Assembly: GCA_038087875.1 (NCBI GenBank)
Contig: CM075977.1
Coordinates: 333,560,001 to 333,624,000, forward strand
Length of the DNA: 64,000 nt
Direction of reading: 5' to 3'
From: Malacoraja senta
Taxonomy: Eukaryota
Below, piece after piece: positions 24,219 through 35,153 of this stretch (position 1 is the stretch's first letter; each line of letters begins with the position of its first letter). Position numbers and translations under genes: made by a program. Below the pieces are notes generated by a model, which was not told the origin of the DNA, did not search any database, and worked only from the letters and a program-made list of their open reading frames with translations.

Positions 24219-25563
24219 CTAGATACAATCCCTGTAACTAGCCACAGGCTTGCTGACCCGTCCTGCACGCGTACGATACAGGCCTTCAGACGTGCCCCTC
24301 ACAGGAGATGTCGCCACAGGCACGGCCTCCATTGGGAGTTTCTTAGCAGACGACGACTCAACCAGCACAGATTTCGCAGGGGATTTGTCGACAGACTTTA
24401 CGGGGGCTTCGTCATTGGCACCAGCCCCATTGGCAGTCCTTTGCAGGTACAGAAACAAAGTTCTGATCACCATCTGCTGTCACATGTCCCTCATTCTGGT
24501 ATCTTGAGAAAAATTTCACACGTTCGATGAGTGGATTAGCTTGAGGGTCATACAACTGTCAAAACTTTCTCTTGAGACACTCCGGGTCGTCCGGCGACTC
24601 AGCCGGGGTCACGATCAGCGCCCCACCATCGGCAAGTTGATGAGTTATTGCCACAGCATACACAAACTGTTGTGCTCATTTGTTAGCTTCATCTCCTGTG
24701 AGGAGAAGGAGCATGCTTGCACGGACCATTGCCGGCTTGTCATGAGAAGTTGCAGCAATGAACAAATAAGGTTCATAAGGTTCATTTATTGTCACATACA
24801 CCAATTGGTGTAGTGAAATTTCACTGGCCAGGTCAGTCATACAATTTAAAAAAGGAACAGACTCAAAAAACACATTTTAACATAAACATCCATCAGCGAC
24901 TCCTACACATTCCTCACTGAGATGGAAGGCGAAATAAAGTTCAAGTCCTTCCCTTTTTGTTCTTCCTTGGTCTTGAGTCCCGTAGCCGGTGGCGTTCGGG
25001 CCCTCCGCGTCGAGGCGTTCAGCTCCTGCATCGGGGGGATGTCAGCTCCCCTGTGCCGGGCGATCGAACCTCGCGTCGGGGCTGGACGAACCTTCTGTGG
25101 CGTTGGAGCTCCCGACTAGTCTCTCCTGAGACTGTGAGCCCTTGAAGGTAAGTCCGCAGGCCGCGGTGGGAGCGATCCCAGGCAAGGGATCCGCTCTGAT
25201 GGTAAGTCCGCGCCCCGCGGTAGGGCTCACGACAGTCCGAGGCGGCTTTTCAACTCCATTGATGGTAGGCCGCAGAGCCCAGAGAATGTGATCCGAAACT
25301 TGATCACCTCTCCGGGAAGGTAAGAACCTGAAAAAAAAGTTTACCCCTCCCCCCCACATAAAACAAACAGAAGAACATTAAAACAAACTTTAAACAAACG
25401 CTAAAAATAACAAAAAGGATGAAAAAACGAACAGACTGCCGGCAGGGCTGCCATCTCCCTCCTCCGGCAACCCCTAATCATACTGTCGCTCAAAGGTACG
25501 CCACCGCTGTCCGATTCTGCTATCAAAAATGGGTGGGTCAGGTTTTCTGAAAGCTTCAGCCAT
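24219..25563 (-). pseudogene. Gypsy gag N-terminus joined to a pol (integrase) C-terminal remnant
   Basis: ATG at 25563: MAEAFRKPDPPIFDSRIGQRWRTFERQYD|LFIAATSHDKP..AESPDDPECLKRKF*..ERVKFFSRYQ after removing 24768-25475; ends YRTRAGRVSKPVASYRDCI*; internal stops. Confidence 0.85.
24768..25475 (-). mobile_element. GC-rich non-coding retroposon (~710 bp) inserted in gag
   Basis: Removal restores the gag frame (AAT duplicated); tail AATTTCAC-hairpin-GTGACAATAAA(TGAACCTTA)n; internal repeats CCGCGG..GCGGACTTACC. Confidence 0.85.
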
Positions 25564-25606
25564 GTCTAAGACTATGAAAAGCCTTGTAAATAACAGTCAA
25601 ACCGAA

Positions 25607-25624
25607 ATCCCACTTCTGACACCA
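25607..25624 (-). promoter_or_regulatory. Primer-binding site, tRNA-Leu
   Basis: TGGTGTCAGAAGTGGGAT is complementary to the ATCCCACTTCTGACACCA 3' end of vertebrate tRNA-Leu(CAA/CAG) and abuts the 5' LTR. Confidence 0.9.
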
Positions 25625-25864
25625 TGTGCAAAGTACTTATGATACAGAGTCATTATATTTCATAACAAGTACTTTAATTTGTGTACATACAGAGACCATC
25701 AAGATGAGTACTGTAGGCTTCGAATCGTAAGTTAAAACAAAAAAATATATAATGGCTGCCCGCATGCCACAAGGTGGTGGTGTGGAAAACCTGACATGGA
25801 TTATGGATCAGGTCATCAGCAGCAAAACCACATGGATTAAATCAGCAACACTGTTTGATCTACA
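25625..25864 (-). repeat. 5' LTR (240 bp)
   Basis: Matches the 3' LTR plus an extra segment at 25810-25860 bounded by GATC repeats. Confidence 0.9.
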
Positions 25865-26164
25865 CTTTCCATCTCTCTATCTCTCATTTGTCTTTTGGGA
25901 TGATCTTCATTTCTCGACCAATGCATGAATAGAAAGGCGGATTCATGGGGTCATGGGGTCATGGGGCCTAAAAGATTATTCTGTGGCTTGATGTTAATTA
26001 GTATTTAGTTAGATAATACTCCTGTGAAGCAAACTTGGCACTACAAAGTAAGTTACTGTTATTGATGTTGTTGGGACATCCTAAGTTAAAGAAGCTATAT
26101 GTTAGAGTTCTTTTCTTCTCATTTTTATCAAATGAAAGTTGAAACTATAAAATGTCACTTCTGT

Positions 26165-27779
26165 TTTAAAAAACTCGACTCTGTGATTACAAACTTTATC
26201 TGGGATTATAAAACTCACAGAATTCACAAACGACATTTATGCAAACCTAAAGAAATCGGTGGACTGGCTCTCCCTAATTTTCTTCTCTATTACTGGGCAA
26301 CTAATACAAAAAATTTAATCTACTGGATGGGCGATACATGCCAACAAGTAAACTGGTTAAAAATCGAGAGGGAAAATTGTTTGCCTTTCAATATAGGCGC
26401 GATTCTTCTCTCTCCAATACATCTGAAGAAATCAACGTATGAGAAAAATCCGATAATCCATAGCACCTTACGAATCTGGAAACAGTTGAAATCAACCCTT
26501 AAATTGAGAAATTTATCTCTCCTCTTACCAATCGCCAATAATCCCTCATTTAAACCTTCTACTTTAGACAAGGCGTTTGTACAATGGGAAAGCTTAGGAA
26601 TTAAAAAGCTGGGAGACCTTTACGAGATGGGGACTTTCCTCTCGTTTCAAGAATTACAGTCGAAATATCATCTGAACGGTAGTCATTACTTCAGATACCT
26701 TCAAATACGAGATTATGTGAAATTACACACGCAAAATTGCCACTCCATTGGTCCAGATATACTAGATGAATGCATGAATAGAAAGGCGGATTCAAATAAG
26801 TTAATATCGTACTTCTATAATACTCTTTTAAATTTACATATTCCATTGTCGGAAATAATTAGGCGAGCTTGGGAAGACGAATTGGGTTTAACAATTTCAA
26901 AGGATAGTTGGGAGGAAAGTCTTCTACATATACACTACTGTTTTCTTTATGTTAAGCACTCACTAATACAATTTAAAATACTGCATAGACTCTATTATTC
27001 AAAGTCTAAATTGAATAAGATCTTCCCAAATGTCTCCTCTAAGAAACAACCATAACCTATTCTTTTGTTTGCTGTACAAAATTACAAAACTTCTGGAGGG
27101 GAATCTTTGATATCTTTTCCAAAATACTTAAAACAAAATTGGATCCCGACATAAAATTGATCACACTAGGTATGTAAGAGGTTTTTTCTGAGCTAACGAT
27201 ATTTCAAAGACGTTTCCTTAACCATGGCCTGATAACGGCAAAAAAATTAATGCTTAAATTTTGGAAACAACAGTCTCTACAGTGAAGATGTGGATCACAA
27301 ACATGTCCGAGACACTACATTTGGAAAACATTAGTCTTGTCTTGGCGGAAAAACCAGATCAATTTCACAAGACATGGACACCATTTACCGAATTCTTACA
27401 ACAATAGCATGGTGCAACACAAATATAAATTTAAATCCGACGCTGGGTTGGGTGAGGTGGGCGGGGGGGACGAGGGGCAAGGTATATCTCCACCTTTCTT
27501 TTTCTTTTTACTTATTTCTATATCTTTCTGCCACACTACTTTGCTAGTTTAGGGGTCTTTCTTTTATTCTTTTTCGATCTATCTTTTCACTTTCTACTTT
27601 TTTCCTTTCTTGTTTTCTTCTTCTTTTCTTTTTTCATTTTCATAGTTTAGGTTATAAGGTTAAAAATGAAGCTGTACAATAATTGTATAATTTTAGATGC
27701 CGAATGTTTTATCTTTGTACAATTGCTTCTAATTAAAAATAAATAAATAAATAAAAATAAATAAGAAATAAAATTAAAA
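26165..27779 (+). mobile_element. 5'-truncated L1-clade LINE
   Basis: ORF2 C-terminus homologous to 7323-8501; T-rich 3'UTR; A-rich tail; TSD AAAATGTCACTTCTGT at 26149-26164 and 27780-27795. Confidence 0.93.
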
Positions 27780-29481
27780 AAAATGTCACTTCTGTACTTG
27801 CAATTAAATCCCATGTGAGACTGGTATTTTTATAGTGTTATAAAATTATTTTAGAAGGGATTCTTTCTATACATTAAATTTCTAATCCTTTAATTATCTT
27901 AATATCTTGGGATTTATTTGGCTATGTTAAAATCATTACATAAATTAAGTTTGTTGTTTAAATCATTCTGTGACATTATATTTTAAGTTTAATTTACGAC
28001 TTTTAATCTATTGTTTTGATGTGTAGAAATTCAAGCAATTTTGTAAATACACATCTTTTAATTTTTTTGTACTAAACAGTTTTCATCAACCATATATAGT
28101 AATTGTCAATTTACTAAAACAGCCTTTTCAAATCATTGAAATATACTGAGACAGGTAGCACTGTGAAGATCTCATGCCATAGAGTTGTAGTATAGTGTTA
28201 CAAGATCAAGATTTCCAGAGAGCATATTGAATGGAGATCACGAAGTGAACATAAATTTGGGGTGAGAGATAATCCAAATCCTTCGCGCATTTTCTAATGT
28301 CTGGTTACAAATCAGCAATGGCACAGACTTTTTCCTGGTTGCCAGCCCAGTTCCACAGCTGGATATGATGCTTAGCCAGAGAGTGCCAAGTGAAAGCAGT
28401 AGTAAGTAGATTACAAAAGTGATTGTTGGAAGTACAAAATCACATCAGGATACATCTGTGTAAAATCACTTAACACATCATGCATATTGACAGAGTGATT
28501 CTTTGTAATAATTATAGTAACAATTAACTGTACTTTTACTGAGATTTGATATGCAGCCATCAAAAATGCTTGGACCTGGTCCATGGATATCATTCATTGA
28601 TCACAGGAACTAAAATGAAACATGGTAATTTTGCTAGTTGATGAATTTTCCTTAAATTCTTTGCTTTTGTTTGAAATATGCTGACTTGTGTGGGTAAGGG
28701 AAGACTATCAGTCCTGGAAATTGAATATATTATGGCCAATTGTAAATTAGATCTGCACTTTCTCCAGTGGAAAAGTATCCTTTTTGAGTCTGGTGGCAGA
28801 ATGCCTATAGTTCTTGAAATGCAGTTTCATCAAGACTCTATATACATTTTAACATTATCTTTAGGCCTTTCATACGCCGTTCTTCTAGAAAATGAATCCC
28901 ATACATTGTTCGCATTCTCAATGTGTTGCTGCTTTTAATAAGTTATGTATCTTCATTGCCTAGTGTCATGGTTCTCCACCTCAACTTTCTTTGAGTAGAT
29001 AGTCTCCTTAATTCTCCTGCTAAATTAATTCTCATAGTTTGTCGCATTGGGTGGGTAAGAGAATAAATGCCCAAACACATTATAAATGAAGTGTGCAAAA
29101 ATTATCTTTACTTAACGTTGTGAATTTATTATTTAAAATATTTTGCAAAGATGATTCTTGATAAGTTTACTCTTGTGATTTATTGTACCAATTTACTTTT
29201 TCTGTCTAATCCAATTATAATTTGAAATGTTTGGTTTATTCCATGACCAGCCGTACACAAATTAAATGAAATTGCAAGAGTTGAGATATGTATTCACAGA
29301 TCATTGTTTCTGCTTTCGGTTGCTACCAGGTTCTCAGGCTTTGATAAAATGGTATGGTGACGGCTGTATCTGATATATTTTAAAAAATTGCATTCCTTCA
29401 TTCTTTGACTTCATTCCTTGACTCTTGACTTGACTCTTACTTATTATTATTTTACAAAATTGATTGGAGGGTAATACCTGC

Positions 29482-29778
29482 TATAAGGGGGAAATCCTTT
29501 AAGACCGAGATGAGGAAAAACTTTTTCACACAGAGAGTGGTGAATCTCTGGAACTCTCTGCCACAGAGGGTAGTTGAGGCCAGTTCATTGGCTATATTTA
29601 AGAGGGAATTAGATGTGGCCCTTGTGGCTAAAGGGATCAGGGGGTATGGAGAGAAGGCAGGTACGGGATACTGAGTTGGATGATCAGCCATGATCGTATT
29701 GAATGGCGGTGCAGGCTCGAAGGGCCGAATGGCCTACTCCTGCACCTAATTTCTATGTATCTATGTATCTATGTATCT
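29482..29778 (+). mobile_element. CR1 LINE 3' end
   Basis: FKTEMRKNFFTQRVVNLWNSLP coding remnant; GGCCGAATGGCCTACTCCTGCACC; (TCTATGTA)n tail. Confidence 0.9.
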
Positions 29779-29967
29779 GAGATGGGAATGGTGGTGCTTA
29801 AATGGAAAACACTGCAGGAGATCAAGAGTTGGACAACACTGAAGAAGGCACTGCTCCTGTACTTTCTAAGAATTATATAATAGTCCCACTCAGTTATGCT
29901 TTCATTGTTGTTTGGCAGAAGTTTTGTATATAATTCACTCCACATTTACTTTTGAACGGACTTAATC

Positions 29968-30140
29968 TTCTTCTTATCGAGTCCACACACGATTAGAAGT
30001 TGTTAGATGCCAGAACTGAACACACTTCTCGGCATCTGCATACAATGGCGCCTGTCTTGTGCTTCTTGTGCTTCTTGTGCATGTTGGTGGAAAGATTGGT
30101 GAAAACAGGGCCGCAACGTGAATGCTCTTTCCTTGACCCC
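29968..30140 (-). mobile_element. Short bipartite Vingi/Ingi-like non-autonomous retroposon (173 bp)
   Basis: Minus strand starts GGGGTCAAGGAAAGAGC and ends GATAAGAAGAA; residual PPTCT..AEKCVQFW peptide; 11/13 TSD at 29955-29967 and 30141-30153. Confidence 0.55.
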
Positions 30141-32420
30141 AACTGACTTCATCATCTTTTCAGACAATAAGATCATAATGGTTTCCTTCATCATCCCTGG
30201 TTCTTTTACTCCGTTATCTTAAATCTAAGCATATCTATCAAATCTCTCTACAATAGAAATAGTTTCTTTAACTCTACTCTATTAAACCCCTCATAATTTT
30301 CAATATCTCTTTTAAATCTCAAACTCTGTTCATAAGGAGAGAGCAATCTGATCATTGGTAAACAACCCATGGCTTTTGGCCCATTAAAATTAATGGAGAG
30401 AAACGCATTGGCAGTCTGCTAACAATTTCCTGCAACGCATAATCTGTGAGTGCACAGACGTAGAATCTTAACATGGCTGTCCAGTGAGTCATATTATGTG
30501 TGTTCATAGTATTCCCCCCCCCCCCCACAAGTTATTTTGAAACTAATATTGCCTTTTTATTGTAATCAAATTATAAATTAGATTATTGATTTCAGGTAGG
30601 CATCTTATCTAAAGAAATTATTTTCTACCTGATCCAAATGCCAGTATTAGATCACCTTTTTTTTGGCAATGTTGGTTGACTCCTCCTGCTAAGTGAAACA
30701 ATCACAGATATGTTGCATGCAAGCAGCGCGCCCAATGTTGTTTACTGACTGGCAGAAAACCACTGGAAGAATTGGTGACAAGGGATTTTAGGAAAGATCA
30801 CAAAAATCACATTTACCTGAATAATGATCTATATTATACGATAAAACATCAAGGTTTTCAGTAAGAAATGGTAGACACTTCCTAACCAAGGAGTCTCAAA
30901 CAGGAAAACATTAGAGCATATGAGTTATTTAATCAGCAGAATTGAACACAACTTAAAAAAAAAACCTCATCTCATATAGGAACACACAATTCGGCGACAA
31001 ATTTTAAAGTTACATGATGCAGTATTGTCTTGGTCCATTTTGAATCTGCAAACTTCATTGGAGCTATTTGTTCACATATATTTTGGGGTAAATACATTGT
31101 TGCTGGGTCAGTGTTTTATGAGCTAGGACAGACAAGCAATTATTTGTTTTGCCATAAAATACAATTTACTAAAATATAATTTCAGAGAAACTATAAGCAT
31201 ATCACTCCCATTAGCAAATCCCAGTTTATCAGCTCAGCAGTAATGATAGGGTTGAATGGCTTTAATCCATTGTTGTTGGGTCTGCAACAGCCTGGCTGCT
31301 TTAGCCATCTCATCCTGCTTGACATTACCTATCCTGCACTTCAATGGCCTTTTTCATATTCTGGTTGCATGAATCTCAGTGCAGTGCTATGAATTGTTTC
31401 TATCTGTTTCCACTCTAGAAATTTCCTCAAGCTGCTGAGGTTTAGCTGAAATTTTCACCCATCAAAAAGCAAATCATCCAGCAACATGTGGTGACTCACA
31501 ATAAGTAACGTGCTCTTTGCTCCAAAATGCTGGATAATTAAGATAATGACAACACGTACCAATCAGATTTTATTCTAATAGTAAATTCCAGCTCAGCATT
31601 TGACTCTGCTTGTAACTTAAGGGCACTAATAAGTCAAATGTTGTTCAAGAAAAACAGAAAAAGGGGAGAAAAGGATACCTTTTCTGGATCTTCTTGTATA
31701 ATCCATAATTCATATTCACCCCTCAATTAAAATGCAGTCATGTCAAGTCTCATTTGCAATGGGCTGATGCACAAAATCTGGGCTAATACGCAGTGTAGTA
31801 TTGAAGGAGTCCTGATCTATTAGAGATGCCATATTTTGAATGCGATTTTAAGGTTAGGTTCCATCTGTTTTCATTTGGTCATAAAAGATTGCATGGCACT
31901 ATTATTTAAAATAATGGCCAGTAGAGTTCCTTCCTGGCCAATATTTATGACCCAAATCACTATTAGATTGCTGCTACATAACAACACTTCAGAAGTACTT
32001 ATCTATATAATTAAAAGTCTCATCTTGACCACTTCCTGTCTGCGCTGTATATTGATTTTAGAAAAAACGCTACCCTGTATCGCTGTGATTTTTGGCCATC
32101 TTACTCACAGTCCTCCTCCGCTGAGCCAGCCCCGAGGATTTTTCCCATCGGTGAAAAGTAAAAAAAAGTTATGAGTGTTTAAAAAACCTTGAGATCAGCT
32201 GATTGGTCCTCTCGCCTGTCAAACATCACAATGAAGGTAACGTCTCTTCCGGGGGGGGGGGGGGGGGGCGGGGGCGGAACTATAAAGCCCCGGATGCCTG
32301 GACGTGGGTCAGTCACTCTGCAAGATCACGAGGGAGAGGCCACAACTGTCATTCTAAGCTGTGAATCAACTGAAATGTGAGTCTGCAATGTACTTGCAAT
32401 AAATGATTTGTTAGCCCTTA

Positions 32421-32728
32421 ATGACAATGCCATGAGTTGTTTGGCCTACTGCCCTGCCTGTGCTTGAAAGTTCAATGCCTAATTGGAAATGAAATGAAAT
32501 GACAATGCCATGAGTTGTTGGCCTGCTGCCCTACCTGTGGTTGAAAGTTCAATGCTTAATTGGAAATGAAATGAAATGACAATTCCATGAGTTGTTTGGC
32601 CTGCTGCCCTGCCTATGCTTGAAACTGCAATGCTTTATTAGGTCCGACTGTGTTTGGAAGAATAAATGCTTTATTAGGTCTGACTGTGTTTGGAAGGAAT
32701 AAATGCTTTATTAGGTGCGACTGTGTTT
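32421..32728 (+). repeat. Two minisatellites inside the Helitron (~78 bp x ~2.7 and ~36 bp x ~2.7)
   Basis: Units ATGACAATGCCATGAGTTGTTTGGCC... and AATGCTTTATTAGGTCCGACTGTGTTTGGAAG... Confidence 0.9.
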
Positions 32729-32905
32729 AGTCCAAAAGTCTCGCTCATTTCGTGACTTCCGCTTAGTGGACAGGTCGCGCTGATTGCGTAATTTCCGGTA
32801 AGTGCAGAGGACACGGTGATTGCGGAAGTGCCGCTGACTGAGGAAACCCCACAGTGGAGAGGCCGCGCTCAGCCGTGTGAGTAGATTCAAGAAAGTTTAC
32901 TGTCA

Positions 32906-33306
32906 NNNNNNNNNNNNNNNNNNNNNNNNNNNNNNNNNNNNNNNNNNNNNNNNNNNNNNNNNNNNNNNNNNNNNNNNNNNNNNNNNNNNNNNNNNNNNNN
33001 NNNNNNNNNNNNNNNNNNNNNNNNNNNNNNNNNNNNNNNNNNNNNNNNNNNNNNNNNNNNNNNNNNNNNNNNNNNNNNNNNNNNNNNNNNNNNNNNNNNN
33101 NNNNNNNNNNNNNNNNNNNNNNNNNNNNNNNNNNNNNNNNNNNNNNNNNNNNNNNNNNNNNNNNNNNNNNNNNNNNNNNNNNNNNNNNNNNNNNNNNNNN
33201 NNNNNNNNNNNNNNNNNNNNNNNNNNNNNNNNNNNNNNNNNNNNNNNNNNNNNNNNNNNNNNNNNNNNNNNNNNNNNNNNNNNNNNNNNNNNNNNNNNNN
33301 NNNNNN
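32906..33306. other. N run (gap or masked repeat) next to a (TG)n tract
   Basis: 401 N. Confidence 0.98.
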
Positions 33307-34544
33307 GTGTGAGAGGTGGAGTGTGTGTGTGTGTGTGTGTGTGTCTGTGAGTGTGTGAGTGTGTGTATGTGTGTGTGTGTGAGTCTGTGTGTGTATATTG
33401 GAATTGGTGGAGAGGTGGAATATTGCGTTGGGGGACCAGCCCTCCCGTGTGAACTGGGACCCAATGGGTCCCACTTAGTCCAGTATGGTTATAAAGCTCC
33501 AGAGATTGTAAAACATGTTGTGTTGTACAAATGTAAGTTCTTTTTATGTTTTCCACTTTTTTTTCTGTTATGACATTTGACTTATTTGTGTCCTTAATTT
33601 ACAACCAGATTCAAATATTGATCTAGAATTTACATTTAAAATAACACCATTTAATTGCTGCTTCTTGTCATTATTATCTTAATTATCTAGAAATTTGGGG
33701 CATGCAGGAGACACTTTACATATTATGAGTCACTACATTTTTGATTAGTGAAAAATTCAGCTAAGCCTCAATCTCTTTGTAAGTTTCATGAAGCTGCTGT
33801 TTTTGCACCTTGCCAATAAAGAATGGCACAGAAAATTAGGGTTGCCACAACACCAAAAGTAATGAAGAGATTTGTATTCCTGCAATTATTCAATTTCATT
33901 GGCCCAGAAGGGAAGAATTAAAAATCTGGAATCTCATTCCTATAGATAGTAAATTATTGTTGAATAATTAGATTCTGCAATTAACAAGTACAAATAGAAA
34001 GAATGGGAATCAATGGATTAAGCATATTCAATGTAATTTTGAAATATATATAAAGTGTTCTCCATTTTTATACGATAATGTATTAGTTGGTGGTGATTGT
34101 ACTACTGTGTATCAGATAATGCCATGGAGTTTGAGTCTATTGATCATAAAGGGAAAATAATATAGCCTTATGTTCATTTGAGCTATTATGTAATTTAAAG
34201 TCAGGCTCTGACATGAAAAGATCTATATGAAATGAATTTGGGTTATTGCAATTAAGCACCCAATGGATACAAGGAGAAAACTGCTCACCATTTGGGACTA
34301 ACGTCTCACTGGCAAATGAAGCAAGGACAAGAAATTGTTATGTGAGAGGAAATCAAAATGAATTAACCCCAAAACATGCAGTTTGAAATTTTTTTAGCCA
34401 AACTGTACCCATGAAATAAATTAACAAACTATGGACTGTCCATTGGATGAAAGATTATTTATAATTGACTCAGGAATAAATTCCAATTGAGTGTTGGAAT
34501 GGCATGGTGAGACTGGTACTTGTTAAAGAACTTAAAGCAAATCA

Positions 34545-34650
34545 ACTATGGGGCAAACGCAGCAGGTGGGACTAATGTAGATGGGACTTGTTGGTCGGTG
34601 TGGGTAAGTTAGGCCACTGGGCCTGTTTCCACACTGTATGACTATGACTA
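34545..34650 (+). mobile_element. CR1-type 3' tail
   Basis: TATGGGGCAAACGCAGCAGGTGGGAC...GGGCCTGTTTCCACACTGTATGACTATGACT. Confidence 0.75.
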
Positions 34651-35153
34651 TATACTTTACATTCAATATACTTATTGATACTTGGATTTTTAAGCTAAAT
34701 GACGCAGTATTAAAGCAAACGTGCCAACGGAAAACACTTAAATCAGAATGAAATTTGGCTTCAGTATGTTGTGCATGTTGATGTTGGGGTTGTACTATTG
34801 TTGTTCTAAAATAATTGTGGAATGCTTTCAAATTAAATAAATTGTGTTAACTTAGTAGTTAGTTTAATTTCCAATACGCTGGGGTATTTCAAATAATATT
34901 CAATCAGGTATGTTGGTATGTATGCAAAGACTTGTATGCACTGTACACTTTTTTCTCTTAAAGGTTTGTGCAGGGATAGACTTACAGTATTGACCAAGCC
35001 ATAAATAGAAAGTATGGTGAGGTCAGCATATGAGAGTTCACATTTATCTCGTACATAGCAGCATTTTTATAGTAAGTATGCCTATCTGAGATCATTTGTT
35101 GGTGATCTTGAGAGAAGAGTCCTCTTGTTTGAAAGGAGGCTTGGTATTATTGT

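Larger units (their letters stand above)
23866..25864 (-). mobile_element. Internally deleted Gypsy LTR retrotransposon
   Basis: TG..CA LTRs at 23866-24053 and 25625-25864; 5-bp TSD CTTTC at 23861-23865 and 25865-25869; PBS, PPT, gag N-terminus and integrase-like C-terminus present. Confidence 0.93.
32002..33483 (+). mobile_element. Non-autonomous Helitron
   Basis: A|TCTATATAATTAAAA 5' end; subterminal hairpin TGGGACCC-AAT-GGGTCCCA (33455-33473) 10 nt before CCAG|T (CTAG variant); inserted between A and T without TSD; internal minisatellites; spans an N run. Confidence 0.8.

Noticed and set aside
25607-25624. tRNA-Leu 3'-end match as a tRNA gene
   Set aside because: Only 18 nt including CCA and adjacent to an LTR, so it is a PBS
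26099-27055. 318-aa ATG ORF as a domesticated gene
   Set aside because: The ATG lies in flanking DNA upstream of the TSD and is in frame by chance; the ORF breaks at a deletion in the zinc knuckle
32421-32728. Repeat array as CRISPR-like
   Set aside because: Head-to-tail tandem units without unique spacers; eukaryotic minisatellite
32763-33573. ORFs spanning N runs (also 54921-55282)
   Set aside because: Artefacts of N characters and dinucleotide repeats
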